A DNA stretch of 64,000 nucleotides from Clostridia bacterium (GCA_030625965.1 DAOUPV010000004.1:18948-82947); one strand, 5' to 3'; positions 1 to 10,020 are shown, counted from the stretch's first letter. Notes: a model not told the origin generated them from the letters alone. Program-made: numbers and translations.

Positions 1-153
1 CATGCGACAGACCTAATCGCGGAAGGCGTACTGGCGGTTGAAAAGGGTATCACCGTCGAGGAACTGACCAAGACCATTCACGCACACCCCACTTTGGCGG
101 AATGCGTTATGGAAGCCGCGGAAGCAGTACACGGACTGTCTGTCCATTCATAG
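1..153 (+). CDS. lpdA: dihydrolipoyl dehydrogenase (E3), C-terminal fragment entering from upstream of the window
   Basis: Frame 1 reads HATDLIAEGVLAVEKGITVEELTKTIHAHPTLAECVMEAAEAVHGLSVHS-stop. HAHPTLxE is the conserved C-terminal His-Pro-Glu motif of the lipoamide dehydrogenase dimerisation domain. A hairpin terminator follows. Confidence 0.7.
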   Translation, partial: HATDLIAEGVLAVEKGITVEELTKTIHAHPTLAECVMEAAEAVHGLSVHS

Positions 154-160
154 ACAACAA

Positions 161-185
161 GGCCCGGGAAACCGGGCTTTTTTTG
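161..185 (+). terminator. Rho-independent terminator after lpdA
   Basis: gcccgg-gaaa-ccgggc stem-loop followed by a T7 run. Confidence 0.75.
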
Positions 186-197
186 GAGGTATTAGGG

Positions 198-803
198 ATG
201 AAGATTTGTGTCTATTCGTCTTCCAGCGAAGCATTGGAAGACTCCTATTTCCGGGAAGCCAGACTGCTAGGAGAGCTGATGGCTAAGAAAAGCCATGGCC
301 TGGTCTACGGCGCCGGGGATATCGGCCTGATGGGCGAGTGTGCCCGCGGAATCTATGAAGCGGGTGGTGATGTGATCGGTGTGATACCGGAAGCGTTGAA
401 CCAGAAGGGTATAGTGTTCGAGAACTGCCTGGAACTGTATGTTACCGAGACCATGCGCGAGCGGAAAGCCATCATGGAGGAGAATGCAGACGCCTTCATC
501 GCCTTGCCTGGCGGATATGGCACACTGGAGGAGCTTCTGGAGGTCATCACACTAAAGCAACTAAAGTACCACCAGAAACCCATTGTTATACTGAATACCA
601 ACGACTTCTATGGCAAGCTTTTGTCTTTTTTCGATCATATCATCGATATGAATTTTGCCAAAGAAGCATGTCGTGAATTTTATTATGTGGCCAGCGATCC
701 CTTGGATGCGCTAAGCCATATAGAGGAGTATGAGCCCCGTGACTACGGGGATAAATGGTTCACGGAAACCACTAGGGTTCGCCAGAAACCAGAAGAACTA
801 TAG
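198..803 (+). CDS. LOG family protein (cytokinin riboside 5-prime-monophosphate phosphoribohydrolase / TIGR00730 type)
   Basis: Start MKICVYSSSS at ATG 198, preceded by GGAGG. PGGYGTLEEL matches the LOG PGGxGTxxE motif, and GAGDIGLMG is present. The longer ORF from 102 overlaps the lpdA end and its terminator. Confidence 0.85.
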   Translation: MKICVYSSSSEALEDSYFREARLLGELMAKKSHGLVYGAGDIGLMGECARGIYEAGGDVIGVIPEALNQKGIVFENCLELYVTETMRERKAIMEENADAFIALPGGYGTLEELLEVITLKQLKYHQKPIVILNTNDFYGKLLSFFDHIIDMNFAKEACREFYYVASDPLDALSHIEEYEPRDYGDKWFTETTRVRQKPEEL

Positions 804-815
804 GAGGTAGATGAT

Positions 816-1640
816 ATGAAATTCATAGGAGAATCCATCAATACCAGCATCAAGCGCATCAAGGAAGCGGTTGAACAAGGGGATGCGGATTATATCAAAC
901 GATTGGCACTGGCCCAGCAAGAAGCGGGAGCCAGTTACATCGATGTAAACTGCGGCACCAGGATCGGTGATGAGGTAGAGAAGATGGACTGGTTGGTGAA
1001 CCAGGTCCAGGAAGTGAGCAAACTGCCACTGGCTATCGACAGCCCCAGTCCTGCGGCCATAGAAAGAGGCCTTTCTCTAACCAACAACAAGAAGCAACCG
1101 ATAATAAACTCTATCACAGGTGAAAAGGAGCGGATGGCGGCTATTCTACCACTGATCTCCCGCTACAACGCCAAGGTTATCACACTATTGCTGGATGATC
1201 AGGGCATGCCTGCTTCAGCCGAGGATCGTGTCCGTGTTGCGGACGATCTGATTCCTGCTTTATTGGATGCCGGTGTGCCGGCAGATGATATCATTGTTGA
1301 CCCCATCGTCCGTCCCATAGGCACCGGGGATACAGCAGGAGTTGAAGTGTTTGAAGCCATCAAGGTTATCAAGGAACGTTATCCGGATGTACACTTCAGC
1401 ATAGGACTGAGTAATATTTCCCATGGTATACCGGTAGATGAGATGACGAACCATGCGTTCATGATCATGTGCATCATGCAGGGACTGGATTATGGTATCG
1501 TGAACATTCTGGATGAAAAAATCAAGGGATACGCTTTGGTTGCAGAGGCTCTGGTTGGCAAAGACAGATTTTGCGCCAAACTGCTAAAGGGCTACCGCAA
1601 AGGATTTTTCCCAGAAACCCAGAACTATCTGGACCTGTAA
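816..1640 (+). CDS. pterin-binding (DHPS-like) methyltetrahydrofolate:corrinoid-type methyltransferase
   Basis: 274 aa. YIDVNCG and PIINSITGE blocks are typical of MeTr/AcsE/MtrH-like pterin-binding TIM barrels. RBS GGAGG lies upstream. Confidence 0.7.
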   Translation: MKFIGESINTSIKRIKEAVEQGDADYIKRLALAQQEAGASYIDVNCGTRIGDEVEKMDWLVNQVQEVSKLPLAIDSPSPAAIERGLSLTNNKKQPIINSITGEKERMAAILPLISRYNAKVITLLLDDQGMPASAEDRVRVADDLIPALLDAGVPADDIIVDPIVRPIGTGDTAGVEVFEAIKVIKERYPDVHFSIGLSNISHGIPVDEMTNHAFMIMCIMQGLDYGIVNILDEKIKGYALVAEALVGKDRFCAKLLKGYRKGFFPETQNYLDL

Positions 1641-1811
1641 AATTTGGCGGGAGGCATCATATTTGTAAAATATTTGAACATGGTGTACAATATAAAGGTA
1701 GTTAATGAAATATATTTAGTTCTATACCAAAGATTGAAAAACCGTGAGGTTTGATCAATAGTCGCCTGAATGGCGGCGGCTCAACGGTTGTTGAGTGGGG
1801 GGGATGAACGA

Positions 1812-1841
1812 GAAAAAGTCGTGGTACGCCACGACTTTTTC
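1812..1841. terminator. bidirectional Rho-independent terminator between convergent genes
   Basis: aaaaa-gtcgtgg-tacg-ccacgac-ttttt. The stem is perfect, with an A-run on one side and a T-run on the other. Confidence 0.8.
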
Positions 1842-1884
1842 TTGTATCCGGATACTTGTGTTTTTCTTAATGTTAATGCGGTTA

Positions 1885-3381
1885 TTACAGCTCCAGGAAG
1901 TCGATTACGGATTCCTGCATGTCTGATTTTTCGACTACGTCTTTATGCAGTATGTCCTTCTTGTCAAGACCTGACAGTCCGGCAGGAATCTTCATGCCGG
2001 ATTCTTCAGAGAGTTTTGCCAGCAGAGTGATCTCGTCAGAAGCGACAACAATTTCAGGTGCTAGTATAGCTTTTGCCACTGAAGAGTTGAACTTGAAGGG
2101 GCTGGCAGTCGATACGATGACATTCTTACGATCATCTGCCACAGCCTGCTGGTACTTATGGTGAATATCCATGGCAACGGCCGTATGTGTATCCATCAGA
2201 TACCCATATTCCTCGTAAGTTGAACGGATTCTAGCAATGGTTTCATTGTCGTCACTGCACTCCGACCAGAAGAGGCTTTGAATGCTTTCCTTAAGACTGT
2301 CACTGACCTGATAACGGCCCTTATCAGCTAAGTCCTGCATATATCCACGTACCTCGGTTGCATCCTGACTGATTAGGTAAAGAAGTCTCTCCAGGTTGCT
2401 GGATATGAGGATATCCATCGAAGGCGATACGGTCTTATTGAAATCACGGTTGCGGTCGTATACGCCGCTGTTGATGAAATCGGTCAGTACATTGTTCTTA
2501 TTGGCGGCACAAACTAGTCGGTGGATGGGAAGTCCCATCTCCTTAGCAATGTAACCGGCGAGGATATTACCAAAGTTGCCGGTCGGTACCACGAAATTGA
2601 TTTCTTCGCCGAGCTTAATCTCACCTCGCTTGAGAAGATCACAGTAGCTGGAGAAGTAGTAGACGATTTGTGGTGCCAGGCGCCCCCAGTTTATGGAGTT
2701 TGCCGAGGAGAACCGGTACTGTTTATCCTCCAATTGGGACCGTAGTTTTGCATCAGAGAAGATTTGTTTCACTCCGGTCTGGGTATCATCGAAATTTCCT
2801 TTGACGGCGATGACCTTCAGATTGTCGCCTTCCTGGGTGACCATCTGAAGCTTTTGAATCGCACTGACGCCGGCGTCAGGGTAGAAGACTACGATTTTAG
2901 TGCGTGGTACATCTTGGAAACCTGACAAAGCTGCTTTACCTGTGTCGCCGGAAGTCGCCACCAGGATCACGTAGGTACGCTCGTCCTTTTGCAGAGAAGC
3001 TGAACTCATCAGGAGATGAGGCAGGATCTGCAAGGCGATATCCTTGAACGCGCAGGTCGGGCCATGGTACAGCTCTAGAACGTTGATCTGCTCGGTGAGC
3101 TTGACCAAAGGCGCTACATCCGGGTGATCGAAGGTCTGCTCGTTGTAGGCGTTTTCTACGCACTGCGAAAGAAGATCAGCAGGAAAGTCATCCAAAAAGA
3201 GCGATAGGATGGCAAAAGCCTTTTCCTGGTAGGTCAGAGATTTCATTTCGTCTATTTGTGAAAGCGAGAGTTGGGGTATGCTGTCCGGTGTGAACAGTCC
3301 ACCGTCAATGGCCAGACCGGCCAGGATGGCTTGTGCGCCGCTATGCGTCGCTTTTCCCTCTCTCGTGCTTTGATATAGCAT
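1885..3381 (-). CDS. thrC: threonine synthase
   Basis: 498 aa. GPTCAFKD contains the PLP-lysine motif. ATSGDTGKAA and the overall long-form ThrC layout are present. Confidence 0.9.
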   Translation of the reverse strand: MLYQSTREGKATHSGAQAILAGLAIDGGLFTPDSIPQLSLSQIDEMKSLTYQEKAFAILSLFLDDFPADLLSQCVENAYNEQTFDHPDVAPLVKLTEQINVLELYHGPTCAFKDIALQILPHLLMSSASLQKDERTYVILVATSGDTGKAALSGFQDVPRTKIVVFYPDAGVSAIQKLQMVTQEGDNLKVIAVKGNFDDTQTGVKQIFSDAKLRSQLEDKQYRFSSANSINWGRLAPQIVYYFSSYCDLLKRGEIKLGEEINFVVPTGNFGNILAGYIAKEMGLPIHRLVCAANKNNVLTDFINSGVYDRNRDFNKTVSPSMDILISSNLERLLYLISQDATEVRGYMQDLADKGRYQVSDSLKESIQSLFWSECSDDNETIARIRSTYEEYGYLMDTHTAVAMDIHHKYQQAVADDRKNVIVSTASPFKFNSSVAKAILAPEIVVASDEITLLAKLSEESGMKIPAGLSGLDKKDILHKDVVEKSDMQESVIDFLEL

Positions 3382-3452
3382 GTTGTTTCCTCCTCGTTAT
3401 GATATCTTAGTAATCGTACCAGATTAGATGGTACTTGTTAAGACGTTTCTTA

Positions 3453-4448
3453 CTAGGATTCCCTCTTAATAAAGCTAGCGGGCAGTTCGATGTTTCTGGC
3501 TTCACGGTCTGGGTCCTTTATGGATAACAGAAGCTCCTGTGCAGCCAATTCCCCCAATGCAGTGTTGGGATAGGCAATGGAAGACAGGGAGGGAATCTGA
3601 ACATTGTTGTACTTAGAGTCTTCACCGGCAATGACAGAGACGTCCTCTGGTACGCTGAGGCCCATTTCATGAAGTGCCCGGAGCGTTCCCATGGCCAAAG
3701 ATTCATTGGCGGCATAGATGCCTTTGGGCATAGAACCTTGCATGGACATAACCGCCTGATAACTGCAGTCCGGTTCTTCCATAGGGAGGGAGAAGATATG
3801 CTCGGGCTGAACACGGATCTTCTGTTTCTCCAGTTCATCGAGCAGCAGGTCGCAACGGCGTTTACTGAAAAGATACTCCAGCTCCCCGGAGATTATGGCC
3901 GCGCTACCAACATTTTTTTCTGCGAAATTTGTGGCAACCTGTTCCAGGGCTCCGCGCTCCTCGACATAGACCGTCGTGATTCCTTCGATCGGGCCCTTGT
4001 CGATAACGACCAGAGGGCAGTTGAGGATGTCTTGGATGGAAGTGCAGTAATCCTCCTCATGTAGATAGGAACCTGCCAGAATCAGGCCGTCCATAAAAAT
4101 ACTGGATCGCTTTTCCTGCAAGAAATCCATGAAGCTGGCCATCTTGTCCATACTCTTACTGATGTTGATGATGCTGAGCATGTAACCCGATTCAAAGAGG
4201 GCTTTTTCCGCTCCCGTGGCGATATCCATCATGAATTGGTTGTCTATGGTATTGATAAGAAGAGTAATGTTTTTGGTCCGATTGTTGATCAGGTTCCTGG
4301 CAAAAGGATTGCCGGTATAGTTATTGTCCTGCATGATTTTTCTGATTCTTAAAAGTGTTTCCGGCTTAACCTTTTCCGGCCTGTTCATTACCCTTGAGAC
4401 AGTAGCGACGGAAACGTTCGCGAGTTTGGCTATTTCACGTATATTCAT
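3453..4448 (-). CDS. LacI family transcriptional regulator
   Basis: N-terminal HTH MNIREIAKLANVSVATVSRVMN followed by a periplasmic-binding-protein-like sugar-binding fold of about 330 aa. Confidence 0.9.
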   Translation of the reverse strand: MNIREIAKLANVSVATVSRVMNRPEKVKPETLLRIRKIMQDNNYTGNPFARNLINNRTKNITLLINTIDNQFMMDIATGAEKALFESGYMLSIINISKSMDKMASFMDFLQEKRSSIFMDGLILAGSYLHEEDYCTSIQDILNCPLVVIDKGPIEGITTVYVEERGALEQVATNFAEKNVGSAAIISGELEYLFSKRRCDLLLDELEKQKIRVQPEHIFSLPMEEPDCSYQAVMSMQGSMPKGIYAANESLAMGTLRALHEMGLSVPEDVSVIAGEDSKYNNVQIPSLSSIAYPNTALGELAAQELLLSIKDPDREARNIELPASFIKRES

Positions 4449-4754
4449 GAGGCTCTCCTTTGTGTTTCTATGGGTATTATAGCAAATATATGGGATGGGG
4501 AAAATGATATAAGCAAAGAAGGTGTTCGGATTATCAAAGATATACAGTTCCGAGGTATATTTACCATTTCAGGTGAACAAACTGGGATCAGTAGTTGGCT
4601 GGGAATAACACAAGACAAATAAAAACTATGCTGACTGAATACATATAGTAGGAACGATAGAGTGCATGAACGAGTAATAACAGATAAGCAATCAAAGTAA
4701 TATTGAAAGACTAATCATCCCCAAAGATAGTGTTGCTGTTGCCTCGTTCTTTTC

Positions 4755-4763
4755 TGTTACAAT
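4755..4763 (+). promoter_or_regulatory. extended -10 promoter element (TGtTACAAT)
   Basis: tgttacaat about 80 nt upstream of the RBS-supported start at 4846. It would exclude the ATG at 4768 as a start codon. Confidence 0.35.
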
Positions 4764-4845
4764 ATAGATGAAACGGAATATTATGACATTTGGGGTTTGC
4801 CAAGTCATTGATAATCTATATTCTGATACCAGAGAGGTTGCTATC

Positions 4846-5397
4846 ATGCCGAAAAATGCCTATGACAAGTATTATATAGATGGGGATTATTTTGGGGAAC
4901 CCTATCCGGGTTTGGTGGAGTTCTTTAAAAGATATGAACCCAAGGGTACAGTGCTGGAGCTGGGATGCGGGCAGGGCAGGGATGCGCTTTTGCTTGGTAG
5001 GTTGAGTTATGAGGTAGTGGGTGTAGACAGCTCATCGGTGGGTATAGCGCAGATGAATCAAATCGCACTAAAAGAGGGACTCGCTGTCAAAGGTGTCGTG
5101 GAGGATATGTACTCCTACCCGATCAGTGACAGTCATGATATGGTGCTGTTGGATTCCATCTTCCATTTCTACAGTCGTGACCGAAAGAGGGAGAAGGCGT
5201 TCCTGTTGCGCATCTTAGCTGGATTGAAGGCAGGTGGAATCCTATGCAACTTCATGCAACAAGGGGAGGAAAGAGAGAAAATATATAAAAAAATACTGAA
5301 GGAATCCGATCATGCAATGGAGATAATTGCCGAGGAATATACGGACTATCCTGACTATGGGAGCCGTATCCACATGCATATTGTAAGAAAAAAGTAA
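4846..5397 (+). CDS. class I SAM-dependent methyltransferase
   Basis: VLELGCGQGRD is SAM-binding motif I. Start MPKNAYDKYY sits behind AGAGAGG with 8-nt spacing. Confidence 0.8.
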   Translation: MPKNAYDKYYIDGDYFGEPYPGLVEFFKRYEPKGTVLELGCGQGRDALLLGRLSYEVVGVDSSSVGIAQMNQIALKEGLAVKGVVEDMYSYPISDSHDMVLLDSIFHFYSRDRKREKAFLLRILAGLKAGGILCNFMQQGEEREKIYKKILKESDHAMEIIAEEYTDYPDYGSRIHMHIVRKK

Positions 5398-5434
5398 GCT
5401 TAAGTTGCAGAAAAGAATATAAATGAGGTAATAC

Positions 5435-6067
5435 GTGAAAGTTGTAGATTTAACACATAATATCAGAGAAGAAATGCCGATCTATCCAGGGACAGAACCA
5501 CCGAGTCTCAAGGAAACTAGTGCTATTACAGAAGATGGTTTCAAGGAGACCATGCTCAGCTTTTACAGTCACACGGGAACCCATCTGGATTGTCCGGCAC
5601 ATATCTTTCAGGACGGACTAACAACCGAGACTATGAAAATCGATCGGTTCATAGGCAGGGCCGCTGTGCTGGATGCGAGAAAAGCGGGACCCATTATCGA
5701 TAGATGCGCTTTGGAGGGCTTTCTTTCCGGGCATCCAGGACTGGATTATCTGTTATTGCGCACTGGCTGGGAGGAAAAGTGGGGACAGGACGAATATTAC
5801 AAGGGTTTCCCTGTTTTTTCTAAGGAGGCAGCGGAACTGCTGGTTTCCTCCGGCATCAAAGGAATCGGCTTGGATGCCATATCAGTAGATTCTGTCGAGG
5901 ACAGCGATCTTATGCTGCACCGCATCCTGCTCGGAGCCGGCTGCATCATCGTTGAGAATCTCTGTAATCTAGAGGAAGTCACGGATAAGGAGTTTACCTT
6001 CTCCGCATTTCCATTAAAATTTGAAAAGGGTGACGGTTCACCCGTCAGGGCGGTGGCTATCCTTTAG
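5435..6067 (+). CDS. cyclase family protein (kynurenine/aryl-formamidase-like)
   Basis: HTGTHLDCPAH matches the HxGTHxDxPxH metal-binding motif of the cyclase family. GTG start behind TGAGGT. Confidence 0.8.
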   Translation: MKVVDLTHNIREEMPIYPGTEPPSLKETSAITEDGFKETMLSFYSHTGTHLDCPAHIFQDGLTTETMKIDRFIGRAAVLDARKAGPIIDRCALEGFLSGHPGLDYLLLRTGWEEKWGQDEYYKGFPVFSKEAAELLVSSGIKGIGLDAISVDSVEDSDLMLHRILLGAGCIIVENLCNLEEVTDKEFTFSAFPLKFEKGDGSPVRAVAIL

Positions 6068-6130
6068 TATAGGAAGTGACTGCTAGGAAACCGATCGAGA
6101 TGACTTAATTGTGAAGATGCAGGAGATGTT

Positions 6131-7042
6131 ATGAATACCAAGTTTGTGAAATTAATGGTGGTGATGGGTGTGATGTTCGTATCCGTCGTGGCGCTGGTGG
6201 TCAAATCAGCAACCGCGCCCCTGATTACCACAGCATTTTTCCGTCTATTCATTACCGTACTGATCATGCTGCCGGTGGTAGTTGCCAAGAACGACCGTTC
6301 AACCAGGATTCCCAGGAAGGAACTGATGCTTTCCATGCTCAGCGGACTTATTCTTGGTGTGCATTTCTTCGGTTGGTTTGTGGCCTTGGATTACACCACA
6401 GTGGCCAATGCAACGGTCATCGTGGACGCCAGTTCGGTGTTTACATTGTTGGGAGGACATCTCTTCCTGAACGACAAGATGACCAAGAAGGAGACTATCT
6501 GCGTTACAGCGACGTTCATTGGAGCCATTCTGCTGACCTACCGGTCTCTGTCCTTTGGATCGAATGAATATATAGGGATACTTCTTTCCGTACTATCTTC
6601 AATAACCTTAGCTACGTATATGCTGATTGGGAGGAGAGTGCGACGTACCGTTTCCAATCTGAACTACACTTTCGTCGTATATCTGTTCGGCGCCATCTTC
6701 TTGGCAATTTGCAATATAATCATGGAGGGGAGCTTTAGTGGATTCCCCAGAAGCAATTACCTAATATTTCTCTATCTGGCCATATTCCCCACGCTCTTGG
6801 GACACAGCATATTTTCATGGTCTCTCAAATATATCAAGGCATCGTTTGCGGCCACCATGCTTCTTTTCGTGCCGGTGGTATCCATCATAGGGGCCTATTT
6901 CCTTTTTGGTGAATTACCTCGTGGGGAACAGTTCTTAGGAGCTGGTGTTATCATCATCAGCCTGCTCTTTTTCACGATTGGTAAGGATGAGGCCAGAGAG
7001 AGGGTAGAGGCGGAAAAGAGATTGACTGAAGAAAGCAGATAA
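6131..7042 (+). CDS. EamA/DMT family transporter
   Basis: 303 aa with about ten hydrophobic helices in two repeated halves, typical of EamA. Confidence 0.8.
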   Translation: MNTKFVKLMVVMGVMFVSVVALVVKSATAPLITTAFFRLFITVLIMLPVVVAKNDRSTRIPRKELMLSMLSGLILGVHFFGWFVALDYTTVANATVIVDASSVFTLLGGHLFLNDKMTKKETICVTATFIGAILLTYRSLSFGSNEYIGILLSVLSSITLATYMLIGRRVRRTVSNLNYTFVVYLFGAIFLAICNIIMEGSFSGFPRSNYLIFLYLAIFPTLLGHSIFSWSLKYIKASFAATMLLFVPVVSIIGAYFLFGELPRGEQFLGAGVIIISLLFFTIGKDEARERVEAEKRLTEESR

Positions 7043-7084
7043 ACCAAGTCATAGTCGGATTAGAATTTAATCATATGACAAGAA

Positions 7085-7115
7085 AAGGCTCGCATTGGTT
7101 ACCAATGCGAGCCTT
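7085..7115. terminator. bidirectional terminator between EamA gene and trpB
   Basis: aaggctcgcattgg-tt-accaatgcgagcctt, a 14-bp stem. Confidence 0.75.
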
Positions 7116-7144
7116 CAGTATTTTATTTGGTTTTTTAGGTCAGG

Positions 7145-8380
7145 CTATTCGCCATGTTCCTCATCGTACTTGGCTTTTAATTCGTAGGCCAATTTCTCGC
7201 TATCGAGGATGGTACCAACATCTTTGTCTCCACGACCGGATAGATTGACCACGATGATCTTCTCTTTGTCCTGTCCCGGAGCCAGTTTCATGGCATAGGC
7301 TAACGCATGCGCGCTTTCGATGGCTGGTATGATTCCTTCAGCTTTAGATAGATAGCGGAAGGCATCAAGAGCATCAAAGTCGGTAACGGCCACATAGTCC
7401 GCCAAGCCTTCATCATTCAAAAAGCTGTGTTCGGGGCCAACACCAGGGTAGTCCAAACCTGAGGCGATGGAATAGCAGTGATCCGGTTGACCGTCTGCAG
7501 TCTGCATCAGGTAACACTTGAAACCATGGATGACTCCAGGGTCAGCGTCCGTGATGGGTGCGGCATGTTCTCCAGTTTCTATGCCAAGACCTGCCGGCTC
7601 TACACCGATCAGTTGAACATCGTCGTTGCCGATGTATTCACTGAAGAATCCAATGGCATTGCTGCCGCCGCCGACGCAGGCGATCATGTAGTCCGGGTCG
7701 CGCCCTTCTTTTTCGGCCATCTGCACTTTCAGCTCTTTGCTGATGATGGACTGGAAGTGATGCACCATTGTGGGGTAGGGATATGGCCCTACCGCGGAAC
7801 CGAGGAGGTAGAAGGTGGTATCGTGGTTGGCAACCAGATCCATCAATGCTGCGTCAACAGCCGCTTTCAGGTCACGGTCACCGTCTTTGACGCACACTAC
7901 TTTGGCACCCAGAAGCTCCATGCGGAACACGTTCAGGTTCTGCTTGATGGTATCCAGTTCTCCCATATAGATGACGCATTCCATACCGAACTGTGCAGCA
8001 ACGGTAGCAGTCGCTACACCATGTTGTCCAGCACCAGTTTCGGCGATGATGCGTTTGACTCCCATACGTTTGGCCAACAGGATCTGACCAATGGTGTTGT
8101 TGATTTTGTGGGCGCCTGTGTGGTTCAGATCTTCACGTTTGAGATAGATCTTGGCTCCACCCAGGTCTTCGGTCATATTCTTGGCGAAGAAGAGGGGAGA
8201 AGGTTTTCCCACATAATCTTTCATATAGTAGTTATATTCTTCGATAAAATCGGGATTGTCTTTGTATTGGTTAAAGGCTTCCGCTACACGTTCCAGAACT
8301 GGAATCAATGGTGGGGGTACAAAAACACCGCCATATTCACCATAAAAGCCATCCTTACTAACTTCATATTGCTTACTCAT
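7145..8380 (-). CDS. trpB: tryptophan synthase beta chain (stand-alone)
   Basis: 411 aa. LKREDLNHTGAHKINN carries the PLP lysine. GAGQHGVATA and CVGGGSNAIG are present. No trpA or other trp genes are adjacent. Confidence 0.9.
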   Translation of the reverse strand: MSKQYEVSKDGFYGEYGGVFVPPPLIPVLERVAEAFNQYKDNPDFIEEYNYYMKDYVGKPSPLFFAKNMTEDLGGAKIYLKREDLNHTGAHKINNTIGQILLAKRMGVKRIIAETGAGQHGVATATVAAQFGMECVIYMGELDTIKQNLNVFRMELLGAKVVCVKDGDRDLKAAVDAALMDLVANHDTTFYLLGSAVGPYPYPTMVHHFQSIISKELKVQMAEKEGRDPDYMIACVGGGSNAIGFFSEYIGNDDVQLIGVEPAGLGIETGEHAAPITDADPGVIHGFKCYLMQTADGQPDHCYSIASGLDYPGVGPEHSFLNDEGLADYVAVTDFDALDAFRYLSKAEGIIPAIESAHALAYAMKLAPGQDKEKIIVVNLSGRGDKDVGTILDSEKLAYELKAKYDEEHGE

Positions 8381-8429
8381 CTCGTCTCGTCTCCTTTATA
8401 TAAATTCGCAACCTCATGTTACATGGCTC

Positions 8430-8458
8430 AGTATAACCCATTTATCTTGCAAAGGCAA
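8430..8458 (-). promoter_or_regulatory. sigma-A-type promoter for trpB
   Basis: The minus strand reads TTGCCT, then 17 nt, then TATACT, about 50 nt upstream of the trpB start. Confidence 0.4.
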
Positions 8459-8588
8459 TCAGTGTGGGGCGCTGGCAATGTCCTCCCATTACAAAAGTCA
8501 ACATTTGCATAAGAAGCCTTTTCTTTTGTAGGGAATTGGAGTATAATGCAGATACAGTATGTTGCATGCATCATACAGGAGGGAAATT

Positions 8589-9239
8589 ATGTCAATGAAT
8601 ATTAACTGTCTGACCAAGGGAGAATATGTTTACCGGATCCTTAAGGACCGCATATTTTCCGGAGAAATGGTCAAGGATAAAACCTATACTGTCGTGGAAA
8701 TTGCCGAGGAGCTGAAGGTAAGCAGGACACCTGTCAGCGAAGCGGTGAAGATCCTAACCTCGCAGGGCTATCTCACCATGCTACCCGCTGTAGGCTTCCG
8801 CGTACGCGAACTTACTTTTGAAGATATCAATGAGATTTTGCTTATCAGCTCAGCTTTGGAACGGTTGGCTTTGAGGCAAATAATCAAGAACAACATAGAA
8901 ATCGATATCGGGGCTCTGAACAAAAACTTAGATGATTGCATACGAGCGATCAGGGCTAAGGACGTGGATGAATACGCCCGTCTGACAGACGAATTCCACA
9001 AGGTGATTTATGGCGGTGCGGGACTACCTAAGCTGCTGGATGTAATGGATAGCATCAGCATCCATGAATCGTATTATCAGGAATCCGTGGTGCGTAACCC
9101 TGAATCGCTGATCGCCCTGATTGAGGACCACAAGCTTCTATTGAGGATTGTAGAGAACAATGAATTAGATGAAGTCGATGGATTTCTGGAACGTCATGTG
9201 TGCAATTGCCTGAAGACACACGAAATCTATCTGAAATAG
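8589..9239 (+). CDS. GntR family transcriptional regulator (FCD-type C-terminal domain)
   Basis: wHTH VVEIAEELKVSRTPVSEAVKILTSQGYL with an all-helical C-terminal domain. Start MSMNIN sits behind AGGAGGG. Confidence 0.85.
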   Translation: MSMNINCLTKGEYVYRILKDRIFSGEMVKDKTYTVVEIAEELKVSRTPVSEAVKILTSQGYLTMLPAVGFRVRELTFEDINEILLISSALERLALRQIIKNNIEIDIGALNKNLDDCIRAIRAKDVDEYARLTDEFHKVIYGGAGLPKLLDVMDSISIHESYYQESVVRNPESLIALIEDHKLLLRIVENNELDEVDGFLERHVCNCLKTHEIYLK

Positions 9240-9280
9240 TTTTGAAAAAAACAATCGTGGGAAACCACAAGGAGGTAAGT

Positions 9281-10012
9281 ATGAAAAGGTTTGATGGTAA
9301 AGTAGCTATCGTAACGGGCGCAGGCCAAGGTCTGGGTGCACAATACGCGAAGGATTTTGCTGCCGATGGAGCGCAGGTCATCGCAGTGGACATGAATCCT
9401 GAGACTCTTAAGAACGTAAAAGCAGAAATTGAAGGCAACGGTGGGAAAGTAGATACATATGTATTGGATATCACCGACTACGACGGCGTTGTAGCCACGG
9501 TTGACGAAGTAGCGGCAAAGTACGGTTCCGTGGATATCCTGATCAACAATGCTGCCGTACACAGAGCTATAGAAGTAGCTGAGACTAGCAAAGCGGACTG
9601 GGATCTGCAGATCAACGTAGACTTGAACGGTTCCTTCTACTGCACCAGAGCGGTATTGCCTTACATGAAAGAGAAAAAGTACGGCAAGATCATCAATATC
9701 TCATCAGCATCAGCAAAAGTATTCTTCCCGGGATTTGGTGCATACGCTGCAGCCAAAGGCGGTCTGGTCAGCTTCACGAAAACCCTGTCGGAAGAAGTGA
9801 AATACGAGAACATTAATGTCAATGCTGTCTATTTAGGCATGATCAATACAGAATATACCAGAGCCAGAATGAGCGAGCACGCATCCGTGACCATTCCTCT
9901 GGAAGAAATGATGCAACCACCTGAAGTATCCAAGGTTATCACTTGGTTGGCTTCCGATGATGCAGCTCCTATCAAGGGCGCAGCCATCGATGTGTTCGGA
10001 AACCACTACTAG
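9281..10012 (+). CDS. SDR family oxidoreductase
   Basis: TGAGQGLG matches TGxxxGxG. NNAA is present. SSASA...YAAAK matches the catalytic YxxxK. Start MKRFDGKVAIVTG sits behind GGAGG. Confidence 0.9.
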   Translation: MKRFDGKVAIVTGAGQGLGAQYAKDFAADGAQVIAVDMNPETLKNVKAEIEGNGGKVDTYVLDITDYDGVVATVDEVAAKYGSVDILINNAAVHRAIEVAETSKADWDLQINVDLNGSFYCTRAVLPYMKEKKYGKIINISSASAKVFFPGFGAYAAAKGGLVSFTKTLSEEVKYENINVNAVYLGMINTEYTRARMSEHASVTIPLEEMMQPPEVSKVITWLASDDAAPIKGAAIDVFGNHY

Positions 10013-10020
10013 GAGGTAGC

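Noticed and set aside
1-153. lpdA fragment considered as the missing E3 of the 11013-14845 dehydrogenase
   Set aside because: It lies about 8 kb away, is separated by several terminators and opposite-strand genes, and evidently ends a different upstream operon. It may still serve in trans, but the sequence gives no evidence for that.
7478-8512. 344-aa ORF on the + strand
   Set aside because: It lies entirely antisense to the well-supported trpB. Its composition is low in complexity and rich in Val/Gly/His, typical of a shadow frame. It has no RBS and no recognisable motif.
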